Origin: Candidatus Omnitrophota bacterium
GTDB taxonomy: Bacteria; Omnitrophota; Gorgyraeia; Gorgyraeales; Gorgyraeaceae
Assembly (NCBI GenBank): GCA_018824145.1
Contig: JAHJHC010000090.1
Span: forward strand, 349 to 64,348
Direction of reading: 5' to 3'
DNA: 64,000 nucleotides
Shown: in pieces, positions 45,197 through 56,431 of the stretch
Layout: every line of letters starts with the position of its first letter
How positions within the stretch are numbered: position 1 is the stretch's first letter
The notes under the pieces: generated by a model
The model's database searches: none
The model's input: only the letters and a program-made list of their open reading frames with translations
What the model was told of the DNA's origin: nothing
Position numbers and translations under genes: made by a program

Positions 45197-45729
45197 GCTA
45201 CTGCCTTCCCTGCCTTTTTCCTTACATATTCACCCTTATATCTAATACCCTTACCTTTATACGGTTCAGGAACCAAATAACTCCTTATTTCAGCTGCCAA
45301 TTCTCCCACCTTTACCTTGTCAATACCCTCTATAACAATCTGGTTTGGCTTAGGTGTCTTTACACTGATCCCTTCAGGTATTGGATGTCCTATGGGATGG
45401 GAATATCCTAACTGCAAATTTATAGCCTTTCCCTGAACCTGGGCACGATACCCAACACCATGAATCTCAAGGGCCTTTGTATATCCCTCAGTTACGCCTT
45501 TTATCATATTACTGATACATGTCCTTACCGTTCCATGCATGGAATAGCTGATTTTATCCTCTTTACGTCTATTTACTATAACTTGTGAACCATCTATTTT
45601 TACCTCAATTTCTTTAGGGAAATCCCAAACGAGTTTACCCTTGGGGCCCTCTACAGAAATCTTTCCTGATTCTATCATAACTTTAACTTTATCCGGAACT
45701 TGAATTGGTTTTTTACCTACTCGCGACAT
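45193..45729 (-). CDS. rplF: 50S ribosomal protein L6
   Basis: 178 aa. MSRVGKKPIQVPDKVKV. Confidence 0.92.
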   Translation of the reverse strand: MSRVGKKPIQVPDKVKVMIESGKISVEGPKGKLVWDFPKEIEVKIDGSQVIVNRRKEDKISYSMHGTVRTCISNMIKGVTEGYTKALEIHGVGYRAQVQGKAINLQLGYSHPIGHPIPEGISVKTPKPNQIVIEGIDKVKVGELAAEIRSYLVPEPYKGKGIRYKGEYVRKKAGKAVA

Positions 45730-45743
45730 TCAAATGAACACTT

Positions 45744-45806
45744 GTTTTACTAAAATCTCCGATTTTCGTAAAACAATCTCCTCTGTTTAACTTCTTTGAA
45801 GGTGTG
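45744..45806 (-). repeat. copy Y of a bipartite intergenic element (hairpin gttttactaaaatc/gattttcgtaaaac plus ctctgtt..gaaggtgtgaattac) between rpsH and rplF
   Basis: Sequence-similar to the tuf-fusA spacer element (copy X) over about 65 nt, in the same orientation. Confidence 0.6.
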
Positions 45807-45808
45807 AA

Positions 45809-46207
45809 TTACCAAACATGGCAAAGCACTTCTCCGCCGGTCTGCATCTCCTTTGCCTGCATATCTGTCACAACACCTCTGGAAGTAGATAAAATAGCTG
45901 TACCTATCCCCCCCAGTACCTTAGGGATTTTATCTTTCTTAACGTAAGTCCTTAAACCAGGCTTTGAAATTCTCTTCAAACCTATAATAGCAGGCGTCCC
46001 TGTCTTTGTATATTTCAAATACACCCTTATCAGTCCTTGTTTCTTATCATCCATAAATTTGAAATCCTTTATGAATTTCTCCCTTTTAAGGATACTAAAT
46101 ATCTCCTGCGAAATCTTGGAAAACGGGACGTCTACCTTTGTCTTCCTGGACATAATTCCGTTTCTTACTATAGTTAACGCATTAGCAATTGGGTCTGTTA
46201 AAGTCAT
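45809..46207 (-). CDS. rpsH: 30S ribosomal protein S8
   Basis: 132 aa. Confidence 0.92.
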   Translation of the reverse strand: MTLTDPIANALTIVRNGIMSRKTKVDVPFSKISQEIFSILKREKFIKDFKFMDDKKQGLIRVYLKYTKTGTPAIIGLKRISKPGLRTYVKKDKIPKVLGGIGTAILSTSRGVVTDMQAKEMQTGGEVLCHVW

Positions 46208-46268
46208 GTTTGCTCCTCTTATATAGCACCTTTTGATACTGGATCAAACTTTGGTATTAACTCGTGTA

Positions 46269-46454
46269 CTACCAGCTGGCCTTAGTTATGCCAGGGATAT
46301 CGCCTCTTGAGGCCTTCTCCCTAAAACAAATACGGCACATTTGAAATTTTCTTAAATACCCGCGCCGCCTGCCACACAATTGGCATCTATTGTATCCTCT
46401 CACTTTAAACTTAGGAATCTTCTTCTGTTTTGCTATTAAACATTCTTTTGCCAT
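46269..46454 (-). CDS. rpsN: 30S ribosomal protein S14 type Z (zinc-binding, 61 aa)
   Basis: Start at [46 protein letters not shown]. CxxC...CxxC. Confidence 0.88.
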   Translation of the reverse strand: MAKECLIAKQKKIPKFKVRGYNRCQLCGRRRGYLRKFQMCRICFREKASRGDIPGITKASW

Positions 46455-46473
46455 ATTTTCTACTATAGTTCTC

Positions 46474-47028
46474 CTATTTCTTAGGTTCGCCTGCAAACGG
46501 CATACCAAATATCTTCAACAATAGGTAAGACTCTTCTTTACTTCTAGATCTTATATTTACAATAATATCCATACCCTGAAGCCTACTTACTTTATCAATA
46601 TCTATTTCCGGGAATATAGTCTGTTCTCTCAAGCCTAAAGAATAATTTCCCTTTTGGTCAAATGAGTTAGGCGACACTCCTCGGAAATCCCTGATTCTAG
46701 GCAATGCTATATTTATAAGCCTATCCAAAAACTCATACATTATCGCACCGCGTAATGTCACCTTACATCCGACAGGTATCCCTTTACGTATTTTAAAGTT
46801 TGCGATTGACTTTTTAGCCCTTGTCAACACACTTTTCTGACCTGATATAGTCGAAAGATCTTTCATGGCCTGTTCTATAATTTTTATATCCTGACTTCCG
46901 GCCCCGACACCCATATTCAAAACTATTTTTTGTATGCACGGGGCCTGTAACGGATTTTTATAACCGAATTTAGAACCCAACTCCGCGACTATCTCTTCTT
47001 TATATCTCTGCAATAACCTCGGTATCAT
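46474..47028 (-). CDS. rplE: 50S ribosomal protein L5
   Basis: 184 aa. Confidence 0.92.
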   Translation of the reverse strand: MIPRLLQRYKEEIVAELGSKFGYKNPLQAPCIQKIVLNMGVGAGSQDIKIIEQAMKDLSTISGQKSVLTRAKKSIANFKIRKGIPVGCKVTLRGAIMYEFLDRLINIALPRIRDFRGVSPNSFDQKGNYSLGLREQTIFPEIDIDKVSRLQGMDIIVNIRSRSKEESYLLLKIFGMPFAGEPKK

Positions 47029-47032
47029 AACT

Positions 47033-47344
47033 TTAAACTATTTCCTTGCATTTCTTGCAAATTCTGACTTTTGTGCCGTCAGAAAGAATGCTAAAGCCAA
47101 TGCGTGTCGCCTTCCCGCATTTTTGACAAACTATCAGTAAATTAGAAATATGGATAGAGCTTTCTCTTTGTATAATTCCGCCCTGCTGGTCTTCTCTGGA
47201 CCTTCTCGTGTGCTTTTTTACAAGATTAAGGCCCTGGATAATAGCCCTGTCGCTCTTTGAAAAGACCGTAATCACCTTCCCTGATTTCCCTCTATCCTTT
47301 CCGATCAATATTTTCACTGTATCGTTCTTCTTTATCTTAGCCAT
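47033..47344 (-). CDS. rplX: 50S ribosomal protein L24 (KOW domain plus C-terminal CxxC...CxxC zinc ribbon)
   Basis: 103 aa. MAKIKKNDTVKILIGKDRGKSGKV. Confidence 0.9.
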   Translation of the reverse strand: MAKIKKNDTVKILIGKDRGKSGKVITVFSKSDRAIIQGLNLVKKHTRRSREDQQGGIIQRESSIHISNLLIVCQKCGKATRIGFSILSDGTKVRICKKCKEIV

Positions 47345-47368
47345 AATCTGTCAACTGTGAACTGTTAA

Positions 47369-47737
47369 CTAAATAACTTCGGGTGCCAAAGAAATAATCT
47401 TCATGAAATTCCTATCCCTCAATTCTCTGGCAACAGGCCCGAAAATTCTTGTGCCTCTAGGATTCATTTGCTGGTCTATAACAACCACTGCGTTCCTGTC
47501 AAATCTTAAATAAGAGCCGTCGAGCCTACGAATAGGATTAACACTTCTTACTATAACAGCAGTAACCACTTCGCCTTTTTTCACAGCAGCTTCAGGACTA
47601 GCCTCTTTTATATTTACAGTTATTATATCTCCTATATTCGCACTCCTTTTACCATGCCTACCTTTCACTCCAATACAAGAGGCCTTCTTCGCCCCTGTAT
47701 TGTCCGCCACATCTAATATTGTCCGCATGGTAATCAT
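47369..47737 (-). CDS. rplN: 50S ribosomal protein L14
   Basis: 122 aa. [18 protein letters not shown]. Confidence 0.93.
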   Translation of the reverse strand: MITMRTILDVADNTGAKKASCIGVKGRHGKRSANIGDIITVNIKEASPEAAVKKGEVVTAVIVRSVNPIRRLDGSYLRFDRNAVVVIDQQMNPRGTRIFGPVARELRDRNFMKIISLAPEVI

Positions 47738-47779
47738 GACATATATTCCTTAAGTATAAAAAAATCCATTAACTCATCA

Positions 47780-47862
47780 CGTTTGATACTCGATACTTGA
47801 TGCTCGATCCTCGATAATTATATTACGATACAAGTATCCAGTATCTAGCATCGAGGATCAAA
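47780..47862 (-). repeat. REP-like dispersed palindromic repeat, copy B, inserted in the rpsQ-rplN spacer
   Basis: gtttgatactcgatacttgatgctcgatcctcgat...atacaagtatccagtatctagcatcgaggatcaaac has self-complementary ends and the TACAAGTATCCAGTATCTAG core. The intergenic gap is expanded to about 140 nt. Confidence 0.65.
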
Positions 47863-47878
47863 CATTGAAATCCCAATA

Positions 47879-48127
47879 CTATTTTATAATCTCAACCAAC
47901 CGCCATCTCTTATTCTTAGATAAAGGCCTGGTCTCCTGGATTCTGACTCTATCTCCTACATTAGCCTCTTCTTTTTCATCATGTGCCATAACCTTGGTGG
48001 ATTTCTTAATAACGCGTTTATATATAGGGTGCTTTGTAGTCCTTTCTATCTTAACTACAATACTCTTATTCATCTTGTCGCTCACAACCGTACCTATTCG
48101 CTCTTTACGCTTAGATCTGGCTTCCAT
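47879..48127 (-). CDS. rpsQ: 30S ribosomal protein S17
   Basis: 82 aa. Confidence 0.9.
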   Translation of the reverse strand: MEARSKRKERIGTVVSDKMNKSIVVKIERTTKHPIYKRVIKKSTKVMAHDEKEEANVGDRVRIQETRPLSKNKRWRLVEIIK

Positions 48128-48128
48128 A

Positions 48129-48329
48129 TCAGCTCTCCTGTTTTGGCTTCTCCCGTAATACAGTCAAAATCCTTGCTATATCGCGACGGGTTTGTCCGAT
48201 CTTACTCGGTTTCTCTACGCGGCCTGTCGATGCCTGCGTACGCATTTCAAAAAGAGACTTTTTCAGGGCATCTAACTTCTGCTCCAGTTCCTGCTTTGTT
48301 AAATTTCTTAATTCATCTGCCTTTATCAT
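48129..48329 (-). CDS. rpmC: 50S ribosomal protein L29
   Basis: 66 aa. Confidence 0.88.
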   Translation of the reverse strand: MIKADELRNLTKQELEQKLDALKKSLFEMRTQASTGRVEKPSKIGQTRRDIARILTVLREKPKQES

Positions 48330-48736
48330 TTTCTCGTAATAAACCGCGTCTTGAAAGAAAGCTTTGAATCCGCGTATCTCATAGCTTCTTTTGCAAGTGA
48401 TTCATCTACCCCGCCAAGTTCAAAAATTACCCGGCCTCTTTTAACCGAACTGACCCAATGTACAGGCATCCCTTTACCTTTTCCCATCCTTGTTTCAGCA
48501 GGTTTCTTTGTAACTGATTTATCGGGAAAGACCCTTATCCACAATTTCCCGCTGCCTTTTAAGGCTCGCATAACACATACCCTGCACGCCTCTATCTGCA
48601 CATTTGTCAACCACGCATTTTCTAAGGCCTTTAATCCAAACTCACCAAAAGCAAGGGTCGCACCGCTGGTAGCTATACCTCTTCTTTTTCCTCTTTGATA
48701 CTTCCTATATTTGACTCTTTTGGGCATTAATACCAT
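48326..48736 (-). CDS. rplP: 50S ribosomal protein L16
   Basis: 136 aa. [17 protein letters not shown]. Confidence 0.93.
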   Translation of the reverse strand: MVLMPKRVKYRKYQRGKRRGIATSGATLAFGEFGLKALENAWLTNVQIEACRVCVMRALKGSGKLWIRVFPDKSVTKKPAETRMGKGKGMPVHWVSSVKRGRVIFELGGVDESLAKEAMRYADSKLSFKTRFITRK

Positions 48737-48751
48737 ATTGAAACTCCTGGA

Positions 48752-49414
48752 TTACTTTTCTTCTGTTTTTCTATTTTCTTTTTTTCCAACAATCACATCG
48801 CCGGTATAAATCCACACCTTGACTCCTATCAGGCCTGCCTGTGTATGCGCTTCAGCAAATCCGTAATCCACATCTGCCTTTATAGTCTGCAACGGCACTT
48901 TACCATGTTTATAAGATTCCTTTCTTGCTATTTCAGAACCATCTAATCGCCCGCGGCACGCTATCTTTATCCCCTGAGCACCTTGAGTAAGGGCCTGCTG
49001 TACAGCCCTCTTCATAGCCCTTCTAAAGGCAATCCTTTTTTCCAGCTGAAAAGCAATATTCTCTGCCACCAGTTGAGCAGAAAGGCTAGGTTGTTTTATT
49101 TCCTTTATATCAATCTGCAATTCTTTATTCACGAGCTCTCTAAGCTCATCCCTTAATCTATCGATCTCTGCACCTTTTCTGCCGATAATTACTCCCGGCC
49201 TTCCGCTATATATTATTATACGGATCTTATCACTAGCCCTCTCTATCTCAATCTTTGCTACAGCAGCCTGCAATAAGTTTTTCTTTATGTGCTTCCTGAT
49301 TTTGTCATCTTCAATCAATAAGGCGCCAAAATCCTTTTTTCTGGCAAACCACCTGGAGTTCCAGTCTCTTATATAACCTAATCTAAAACTGTACGGATGG
49401 ACTTTTTGACCCAA
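48752..49414 (-). CDS. rpsC: 30S ribosomal protein S3
   Basis: 220 aa. KH domain. [13 protein letters not shown]. Confidence 0.93.
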   Translation of the reverse strand: MGQKVHPYSFRLGYIRDWNSRWFARKKDFGALLIEDDKIRKHIKKNLLQAAVAKIEIERASDKIRIIIYSGRPGVIIGRKGAEIDRLRDELRELVNKELQIDIKEIKQPSLSAQLVAENIAFQLEKRIAFRRAMKRAVQQALTQGAQGIKIACRGRLDGSEIARKESYKHGKVPLQTIKADVDYGFAEAHTQAGLIGVKVWIYTGDVIVGKKENRKTEEK

Positions 49415-49425
49415 TTTACGTCTCC

Positions 49426-49851
49426 TTATTTAACTTTTCTTTTTCTTACTACGGGTTTTTTTACTGCCTTTTTTTTCGCAGTTACTTTATCTTTATCCAC
49501 GACCTTTTTCTCCGGCCTTATAATCCTCTCCAACTCCAAGGTTATATGCGTAGTCCTGTGCTTTATCATTCCAGCGCGGCCCATAGTCATGGCTCTATAT
49601 CTCTTCAACATAGGACCCTTATCAGCCTGAATCAACGAAATATATAAATCCGCAGGTGAGACACTAAACCTCTTATCTGCACTGTCAACAGCTGACTTGA
49701 GAAGCCTTTTTATGTAAATGGTAGGCTTTTTATCCATCATATCCAAAAGTGCCTCTGCCTTCACTACAGGTAGCCCCCTTACTATATCTATAACCTTCAT
49801 TGTCTTTCTGGGAGAAACCCTTATATATCTTGCTATTGCCCTGGTTAACAT
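49426..49851 (-). CDS. rplV: 50S ribosomal protein L22 with Lys-rich C-terminal extension
   Basis: 141 aa. Tail [27 protein letters not shown]. Confidence 0.9.
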   Translation of the reverse strand: MLTRAIARYIRVSPRKTMKVIDIVRGLPVVKAEALLDMMDKKPTIYIKRLLKSAVDSADKRFSVSPADLYISLIQADKGPMLKRYRAMTMGRAGMIKHRTTHITLELERIIRPEKKVVDKDKVTAKKKAVKKPVVRKRKVK

Positions 49852-49862
49852 GTTTAATCTCT

Positions 49863-50147
49863 TTAAGTCTTTGACAGAGACTGCTCTGTATGAGCCCCGT
49901 GTCTCCTAAACATCCTTGTCGGAGCAAACTCTCCGAGTCTATGCCCAACCATATTCTCTGTTATAAAAACAGGGATAAATTTTTTACCATTATAAATAGA
50001 AATAGTCGCACCTACAAAATCAGGAATTATAGTGGATCTCCTCGACCATGTCTTAATAGGTTTTCTATCGCCTCTTTTCTTCGTATCTTGGACCTTGTTT
50101 AATAATTTATCATCTACAAAAGGACCTTTTTTTAATGATCTACCCAT
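49863..50147 (-). CDS. rpsS: 30S ribosomal protein S19
   Basis: 94 aa. [16 protein letters not shown]. Confidence 0.93.
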   Translation of the reverse strand: MGRSLKKGPFVDDKLLNKVQDTKKRGDRKPIKTWSRRSTIIPDFVGATISIYNGKKFIPVFITENMVGHRLGEFAPTRMFRRHGAHTEQSLSKT

Positions 50148-50148
50148 A

Positions 50149-50991
50149 TTAAGCTCCTAATACTTTACTTTTCCTTCTTTTAACAATAAATCTATCTGAC
50201 GGTTTCGTCTTTCTTGTCTTCAATCCCTTTGCCTTTTGTCCAGATGGAGAACAAGGATGCCTCCCACCAGACGACTTGCCTTCTCCTCCTCCCATTGGAT
50301 GATCAACAGGATTCATCGCAACACCTCTTACCCTCGGCATACGGCCACACCATCTTGACCTTCCAGCCTTACCAACAGAAACCGCATCATGGTCAATATT
50401 CCCGATCTGTCCGATTGTAGCCATGCAATTAAGCTCAATCAACCTCACTTCCCCGGAAGGGAGCTTAATGTGAGCGTAAGATTCTTCCTTTGCCAATATC
50501 TGCGCATAACTGCCAGCACTTCTAACAATCTTTCCGCCGCTTCCCTTTCTCAACTCCAGATTATGTATAGGAGTTCCCGCAGGAATATTCTTAAGCGGCA
50601 TCGCATTACCTGGCTTGATGTCTATCTCTTTCGTACTTGAGATAAGCGTCTCACCTACTCTTAATCCTGCAGGCCAAAGAACATATCTTCTCTCATTATC
50701 TTCATACTCTACAAGCGCAATCCTTGAAGACCTGTTAGGGTCATACTCTATAGATAAGACTTTTCCAGGCACATCCATCTTGTTTCTTTTAAAATCAACG
50801 ATTCTATACCTTCTTTTATGCCCGCCGCCTCTCCATCTGGAAGTAATCCTGCCTTGCGAATTCCGGCCTCCTGTCTTCTTCAACGATTCTGTCAACGACT
50901 TTTCCGGCCTGTCTTTAGTGATCTCTTTAAAGTCTGACAGCGCAGTCCATCTAAGCGCAGGAGTTCTTGGTTTATATTGTTTTATACCCAT
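50149..50991 (-). CDS. rplB: 50S ribosomal protein L2
   Basis: 280 aa. [15 protein letters not shown]...HPMGGGEGK. Confidence 0.95.
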   Translation of the reverse strand: MGIKQYKPRTPALRWTALSDFKEITKDRPEKSLTESLKKTGGRNSQGRITSRWRGGGHKRRYRIVDFKRNKMDVPGKVLSIEYDPNRSSRIALVEYEDNERRYVLWPAGLRVGETLISSTKEIDIKPGNAMPLKNIPAGTPIHNLELRKGSGGKIVRSAGSYAQILAKEESYAHIKLPSGEVRLIELNCMATIGQIGNIDHDAVSVGKAGRSRWCGRMPRVRGVAMNPVDHPMGGGEGKSSGGRHPCSPSGQKAKGLKTRKTKPSDRFIVKRRKSKVLGA

Positions 50992-51002
50992 TGTTTACAT
51001 CC

Positions 51003-51290
51003 TTACGTCGTCGCTATGTCTATTTTATCTCCCTCTTTAAGCGTAACAATAGCCTTCTTCCAATCAGGCGTTTTACCTGCCTTTTGCCTCAAACGCTTCC
51101 ATTTGCCGCGCATCTTAATAGTATTAACTTTTACGACTCTGACATTAAATATCTCTTCTACTGCATGTTTTATCTGTATTTTATTAGCCTCCAAAGCCAC
51201 ACGTAACAGGTATTTATTGTCAGATACCATCTGGTTCGAGCTTTTCTCTGTTCTTAATATATTTTTAACTATGTCATAAGAAGACTTCAT
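51003..51290 (-). CDS. rplW: 50S ribosomal protein L23
   Basis: 95 aa. Confidence 0.9.
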   Translation of the reverse strand: MKSSYDIVKNILRTEKSSNQMVSDNKYLLRVALEANKIQIKHAVEEIFNVRVVKVNTIKMRGKWKRLRQKAGKTPDWKKAIVTLKEGDKIDIATT

Positions 51291-51310
51291 AAATTAACTC
51301 TCTTCTCTGA

Positions 51311-51357
51311 ATGCTCGTATGTGTTACAAGTATCCAGCATCAAGTATCTAGGATCAG
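51311..51357 (-). repeat. REP-like dispersed repeat, copy C, in the rplW-rplD spacer
   Basis: gttacaagtatccagcatcaagtatctaggatcagac shares the core with copies A and B. Confidence 0.6.
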
Positions 51358-51362
51358 ACATT

Positions 51363-52049
51363 TTATTTCAATCGTTTTACTATCGCATCATGAGTTTCTC
51401 TGGAAAACAGTATCCTCGTATTTGACAGTATGTCATATACATTAAAATCATCGCTCAATCTTAGACTAAGATTTTCGATATTCCTGCATGAGCGGATAAG
51501 ATTATCATTTCTTTTGGGATATATGAATAAAATTCTCTTATTATAAACTTTCAACGCCCTTAATAACTTTGCTATCTGGCTGGTCTTAGGCTGACTAACC
51601 TCAGGATCTTTTTCTATTACCATGACCTCTTTGTCTTTTGTTTTTGCACTAAGGCCTGACATGATAGCCAGTCTTTTCATCTTCTTAGGAAACTCATAGC
51701 CAAAATCTCTCGGCTGAGGTCCAAACACAACACCTCCGCCCCTCCATAAAGGAGATCTGATCGAACCCGCCCTTGCCCTACCAGTGCCTTTTTGTCTCCA
51801 AGGTTTTTTCCCTCCGCCTCTAACCTCTCCTCTTTTCTTTGTGGAAGCCGTACCTTGTCTCTGGTTAGCCCTGTACATAACTATAAGCTGGTGTAAAAGC
51901 GGCTTGTTTATGTGGCTTGAGAAAACATCCGGATCCAACTTGAACTTATCTACCTTTTTACCAGAAAGACTATAGACATCTAATACCGGGACATCAATCT
52001 TTTTTGTTGTCTTGTTCTTCGCTCTTTTTTTCATCTTTCGACCTAACAA
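51363..52049 (-). CDS. rplD: 50S ribosomal protein L4 (start uncertain; possible short basic N-terminal extension)
   Basis: 228 aa ORF. RGGGKKPWRQKGTGRARAGSIRSPLWRGGGVVFGP. The ORF start overlaps the rplC 3' end; the true start may be an internal Met (MKKRAK). Confidence 0.88.
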   Translation of the reverse strand: MLGRKMKKRAKNKTTKKIDVPVLDVYSLSGKKVDKFKLDPDVFSSHINKPLLHQLIVMYRANQRQGTASTKKRGEVRGGGKKPWRQKGTGRARAGSIRSPLWRGGGVVFGPQPRDFGYEFPKKMKRLAIMSGLSAKTKDKEVMVIEKDPEVSQPKTSQIAKLLRALKVYNKRILFIYPKRNDNLIRSCRNIENLSLRLSDDFNVYDILSNTRILFSRETHDAIVKRLK

Positions 52050-52662
52050 CCGGTTTCTTCTTCGCTATTCTCAATTCCAGATAAGAATTTTTCGGTCCCG
52101 GGACAGGGCCTTTTACAAGTAAAAGATTCTTATCTTTATACACCTTAACTATCTCCAAATTCTGGACGGTCCTCTTTTTATTTCCCATACGTCCGGGCAT
52201 ACGCTGCCCTTTAAAAACTCTGGAAGGAAAACTGCTTCCACCAATAGAGCCTATCCTTCGATGATGCATGGATCCATGGCCACTCGGACCACCACGCCAA
52301 TGCCATCTTTTGACTCCGCCTTGGAATCCTTTACCTATAGAATTTCCTATAATATCGACAGAATCCTTCTCTCTAAAAATATCAACCGCAATCTCTTTGC
52401 CTACAGAGATCTCTTCGTCGATATCAAACATTATTTCTTTAATAAACGCCTTTGGCGACACCTTTACCTTTTTATATAATCCTAACATTGCATTAGATGT
52501 ATTCTTCTCTTTTTTATTACCGAAACCAAGCAAGACCTTTTTCCCCCGGATATTAAGCACTGTGCAAGGGCCTGCCTCTATAACTGTCACAGGGACAAAT
52601 TTACCCTCTTCAGTAAAAACTTGTGTCATACCTAATTTCTTACCTAATAAACCCAGTTTCAT
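51994..52662 (-). CDS. rplC: 50S ribosomal protein L3 (with about 20-aa acidic/basic C-terminal extension)
   Basis: Start set at MKLGLLGKKLGMTQVF. Tail SKDEKKSEEQDNKKD. Confidence 0.9.
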   Translation of the reverse strand: MKLGLLGKKLGMTQVFTEEGKFVPVTVIEAGPCTVLNIRGKKVLLGFGNKKEKNTSNAMLGLYKKVKVSPKAFIKEIMFDIDEEISVGKEIAVDIFREKDSVDIIGNSIGKGFQGGVKRWHWRGGPSGHGSMHHRRIGSIGGSSFPSRVFKGQRMPGRMGNKKRTVQNLEIVKVYKDKNLLLVKGPVPGPKNSYLELRIAKKKPVVRSKDEKKSEEQDNKKD

Positions 52663-52666
52663 AGCC

Positions 52667-52972
52667 TTATTTAATCTCCACATCCACGCCTGCAGGTAAA
52701 TCTAATTTCCGCAAGGCGTCTATTGTTTTTGCAGTCGGACTAATTATATCTATCAGCCTCTTATGAGTATTCATGCGAAATTGCTCTCTGGACTTTTTAT
52801 CTACATGAGGAGATCGAAGTACAGTAATGATCTCTTTCTTTGTAGGTAGCGGCACTGGTCCTGAAACCATAGCGCCTGTCCGTTTCGCAGTATCTACTAT
52901 CTCCATAGCAGACTTATCTAAAAGCTTATAATCATATCCCTGCAATCTTATGCGAATTTTTTGAACTGACAT
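52667..52972 (-). CDS. rpsJ: 30S ribosomal protein S10
   Basis: 101 aa. [15 protein letters not shown]. Confidence 0.93.
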   Translation of the reverse strand: MSVQKIRIRLQGYDYKLLDKSAMEIVDTAKRTGAMVSGPVPLPTKKEIITVLRSPHVDKKSREQFRMNTHKRLIDIISPTAKTIDALRKLDLPAGVDVEIK

Positions 52973-52991
52973 CTTTACTCCGTCTCTACAG

Positions 52992-54194
52992 CTATTGTAT
53001 TATATCCGCTACTACTCCCGCGCCTACCGTATGTCCGCCTTCTCTTATCGCAAACCTTAACTCTTTCTCCATCGCTATCGGAGTTATCAACTCTATCTCT
53101 AAATCTACATTGTCCCCGGGCATTACCATCTCTGTCCCCTCAGGCAATGTCGCTACCCCTGTCACATCTGTAGTCCTAAAATAAAATTGAGGCCTATATC
53201 CTTTGAAAAACGGCGTGTGTCGTCCCCCTTCTTCTTTAGTCAACACATATACCTTTGCCTTGAATTTCGTGTGCGGGGTTATGCTGCCGGGTTTAGCTAA
53301 TACCTGTCCCCTCTCCAATTCCTTCTTCTCTATACCTCTCAATAGCACTCCTACATTGTCCCCTGCCTGTCCTTCATCCAGGATCTTCCTGAACATCTCT
53401 ACCCCTGTCACTACTGTCTTCTTCGGCTGATCTATCAATCCTACTATATCTACTTCCTCTCCCACTTTCACCTTACCCCGCTCTATCCTTCCAGTACCTA
53501 CTGTCCCACGGCCTGTTATACTAAACACGTCTTCTACTGCCATCAAAAACGGCTTCTCTATCTCTCTCTTTGGCTGTGGAATATATGAATCTACCTGCTT
53601 CATCAACTCTAATATCGCCCCGCATGCCTTGCACTCGTCTTTTCCGCATCCGCAGTTCATTGCATTCAGACCGGATCCCCTTACCACTGGTATCTTTTCC
53701 CCGGGAAATTCATACTTCGTCAATAATTCCCTCACTTCCAACTCTACCAAGTCCAACAACTCAGGATCATCCACTGCATCACATTTATTTAAAAATACTA
53801 CTACCGCCGGTACCCCTACTTGTCTTGCCAACAGTATGTGTTCCCTTGTCTGCGGCATTGGCCCGTCTACTGCTGATACTACCAATATTGCTCCGTCCAT
53901 CTGCGCGGAACCGGTTATCATGTTCTTTATGTAATCTGCATGCCCAGGACAATCTACGTGTGCATAATGTCTCGCCTCTGTCTCGTACTCCGCATGATGT
54001 ACATTTATTGTTACTCCTCTTTCTTTCTCTTCAGGAGCATTATCTATCTCATCAAACTTCTTTGCCTGTGCCAAGCCTCTGGCTGCTAGACATATTGTGA
54101 TTGCGCTCGTAAGAGTTGTCTTCCCATGGTCTACATGTCCTATGGTACCTATGTTTACATGCGGTTTCGTACGTTCAAATTTTTCCTTCGCCAT
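52992..54194 (-). CDS. tuf: elongation factor Tu
   Basis: 400 aa. [22 protein letters not shown]. Confidence 0.97.
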   Translation of the reverse strand: MAKEKFERTKPHVNIGTIGHVDHGKTTLTSAITICLAARGLAQAKKFDEIDNAPEEKERGVTINVHHAEYETEARHYAHVDCPGHADYIKNMITGSAQMDGAILVVSAVDGPMPQTREHILLARQVGVPAVVVFLNKCDAVDDPELLDLVELEVRELLTKYEFPGEKIPVVRGSGLNAMNCGCGKDECKACGAILELMKQVDSYIPQPKREIEKPFLMAVEDVFSITGRGTVGTGRIERGKVKVGEEVDIVGLIDQPKKTVVTGVEMFRKILDEGQAGDNVGVLLRGIEKKELERGQVLAKPGSITPHTKFKAKVYVLTKEEGGRHTPFFKGYRPQFYFRTTDVTGVATLPEGTEMVMPGDNVDLEIELITPIAMEKELRFAIREGGHTVGAGVVADIIQ

Positions 54195-54210
54195 TTTTAG
54201 TTCCTCCTTA

Positions 54211-54290
54211 AATGAGCACTCAAGTTACGAAAATCAAAGATTTTCGTAACTTGATTTTCTCTGTTCAGGTCCCCTGAAGGTGCGAATTTA
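54211..54290 (-). repeat. copy X of the bipartite intergenic element in the tuf-fusA spacer (15-bp perfect hairpin caagttacgaaaatc-aaa-gattttcgtaacttg plus ctctgtt..ctgaaggtgcgaatttac)
   Basis: The hairpin is homologous to 12390-12424, with compensatory changes. The downstream motif is shared with copy Y. The tuf RBS AAGGAGG lies directly 3' of it on the transcript. Confidence 0.65.
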
Positions 54291-56396
54291 CTTCCCAATC
54301 ACCTTATCTGCTATATTTGAAGGCACTTCAGCATAATGCGAAGGCTCCATTGTATATGAAGCTCTTCCTTGTGTCAAGCTTCTTATAGCAGTTGCATACC
54401 CAAACATCTGTACAAGAGGGGCATTCGCCTCTATGACCTTTAATTTTCCTCTTTGTGTGATATTATGGATCTTACCTCGCCTAGAATTCAAATCACCTAT
54501 AACATCCCCTGTATATTCTTCTGGAAAAATAACTTCCAGCTTCATTATCGGTTCCATGAGTATAGATTTTGCCCTTTTTAAACCTTCGCTAAGAGCAATA
54601 GAACCAGCCATCTCAAAAGCCAACTCTGAAGAATCCACTTCATGAAAAGAACCATCAATCAATGCAACATGTGTATCTATTACAGGATAGCCGGCCAGGA
54701 CACCTGTTTTTGAAGACATCTCGACGCCTTTCTTCACAGCAGGTATATATTCCCTAGGTATATTACCTCCAACAATCTTATTCTTAAATTCTATTCCTTG
54801 TCCGGAATCGCCTGGCTTTATTATAATAATTACATGCCCGTATTGCCCCCTGCCTCCTGTTTGCTGTATAAACTTACCTTCGGATCTAACCTCAAGAGTC
54901 GGCTTCTCTTTGTATGCAACTTGAGGAGTCCCTGTTTTTGCGGCTACCTTGAATTCTCTGGAAAGTCTATCTATAATTACTTCGAGATGAAGCTCTCCCA
55001 TCCCTGATATAATGGTTTGACCTGTTTCATTATTATATCTTACCCTAAAAGTAGGATCCTCATCCTGCAATTTGTTCAATGCCAGCCCTAGTTTATCCTG
55101 ATCCATTTTTGTAGTGGGTTCTATAGCCATAGAAACAACCGGCTCAGGGAAATGTATCTTTTCTAAAATTATGGGATAGTCCTCTTCACAAAGCGTATCT
55201 CCTGTCTGTGAATTCTTCAAACCAACGACGCCTACTATATCCCCTGCGCCTGATGCCTCTATGATCTCTTGCTTATTTGCATGCATACGGACGATTTTGC
55301 TCAACCGTTCTTTTTCGTCCCGGTTTATGTTATATACGTACGTACTCTTTCTTATAGTTCCAGAATAAACCCTTATGTAAGTAAGCCTCCCCACGTAAGG
55401 ATCAGTGACAATCTTAAAACAAAGACCGCAAAAAGGCTCATCATCATCCGTCTTCCTGAATATCTCATGCTCTGTTTCCGGATGGACACCTTTCACAGGA
55501 GGAATATCCATCGGAGAAGGCAGATATTCACATACCGCGTTCAACATCATCTGTACGCCTTTATTTTTAAACGCAGCCCCGCACAATATAGGGACAAACA
55601 TATCATTTATAACTGCCTTACGCACTGCATTGTGTATCTCAGAATCTCTCATTTCCTTATCATGGACGTACTTATCCATCAACTCATCATTATACTCTGC
55701 CAGCTTTTCAATAAGGTCGTGTCTAAATTGCTTCGCCTCTTCTAACATACCTTCAGGTATAGGCTGCTCCTCAAAATTTTCGTCAATTTCATTTTCATCG
55801 AACAAAAAGGCCTTCATCTGGATCAGATCTATCACACCTCTAAAATCATCCTCACTTCCGATAGGCAATTGTATAGGAAATGCAATCGCTCCCAGCTTAT
55901 CCTCCATGTCTTTGACGACCTTTAAAAAATTCGCTCCCACCCTATCCATCTTGTTTACAAAAGCTATTCTCGGAACCCTATACCTATCTGCCTGGCGCCA
56001 CACTGTCTCTGATTGCGGCTGAACTCCACCGACACCACAAAACACCACTATTGCTCCATCCAGCACCTTCAATGATCTTTCAACCTCGGCAGTAAAATCT
56101 ACATGGCCAGGCGTATCTATTACATTTATTCTACAATCTTTCCAACTGCAAGTCGTGGCCGCTGCCTGGATAGTAATACCCCTCTCCTGCTCCTGTTCCA
56201 TCCAATCCATCGTAGCAGTGCCTTCATCCACCTCGCCCAGTTTATAGAGTCTTCCTGTGTAATAGAGCATTCTTTCAGTGGTAGTAGTCTTCCCTGCATC
56301 TATATGTGCTATAACACCAATATTCCTTATTTTTTCTAAGGGTACATCTCTAATCATACGTATATTATTTGTTTTCTCCTGATACAAAACCGTCAT
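54288..56396 (-). CDS. fusA: elongation factor G
   Basis: 702 aa. [25 protein letters not shown]. Confidence 0.97.
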   Translation of the reverse strand: MTVLYQEKTNNIRMIRDVPLEKIRNIGVIAHIDAGKTTTTERMLYYTGRLYKLGEVDEGTATMDWMEQEQERGITIQAAATTCSWKDCRINVIDTPGHVDFTAEVERSLKVLDGAIVVFCGVGGVQPQSETVWRQADRYRVPRIAFVNKMDRVGANFLKVVKDMEDKLGAIAFPIQLPIGSEDDFRGVIDLIQMKAFLFDENEIDENFEEQPIPEGMLEEAKQFRHDLIEKLAEYNDELMDKYVHDKEMRDSEIHNAVRKAVINDMFVPILCGAAFKNKGVQMMLNAVCEYLPSPMDIPPVKGVHPETEHEIFRKTDDDEPFCGLCFKIVTDPYVGRLTYIRVYSGTIRKSTYVYNINRDEKERLSKIVRMHANKQEIIEASGAGDIVGVVGLKNSQTGDTLCEEDYPIILEKIHFPEPVVSMAIEPTTKMDQDKLGLALNKLQDEDPTFRVRYNNETGQTIISGMGELHLEVIIDRLSREFKVAAKTGTPQVAYKEKPTLEVRSEGKFIQQTGGRGQYGHVIIIIKPGDSGQGIEFKNKIVGGNIPREYIPAVKKGVEMSSKTGVLAGYPVIDTHVALIDGSFHEVDSSELAFEMAGSIALSEGLKRAKSILMEPIMKLEVIFPEEYTGDVIGDLNSRRGKIHNITQRGKLKVIEANAPLVQMFGYATAIRSLTQGRASYTMEPSHYAEVPSNIADKVIGK

Positions 56397-56431
56397 ATGT
56401 TGAAATATTTCCTTTTATAATTCTAACCATA

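Noticed and set aside
46455-46508. N-terminal extension of the rpsN ORF ([18 protein letters not shown])
   Set aside because: Type Z S14 is 61 aa starting MAKE.... The extension overlaps rplE.
53570-54100. 176-aa + strand ORF
   Set aside because: Antisense to tuf. Highly conserved genes commonly yield long antisense ORFs.
55405-56022. 205-aa + strand ORF
   Set aside because: Antisense to fusA. Ser-rich and of low complexity.
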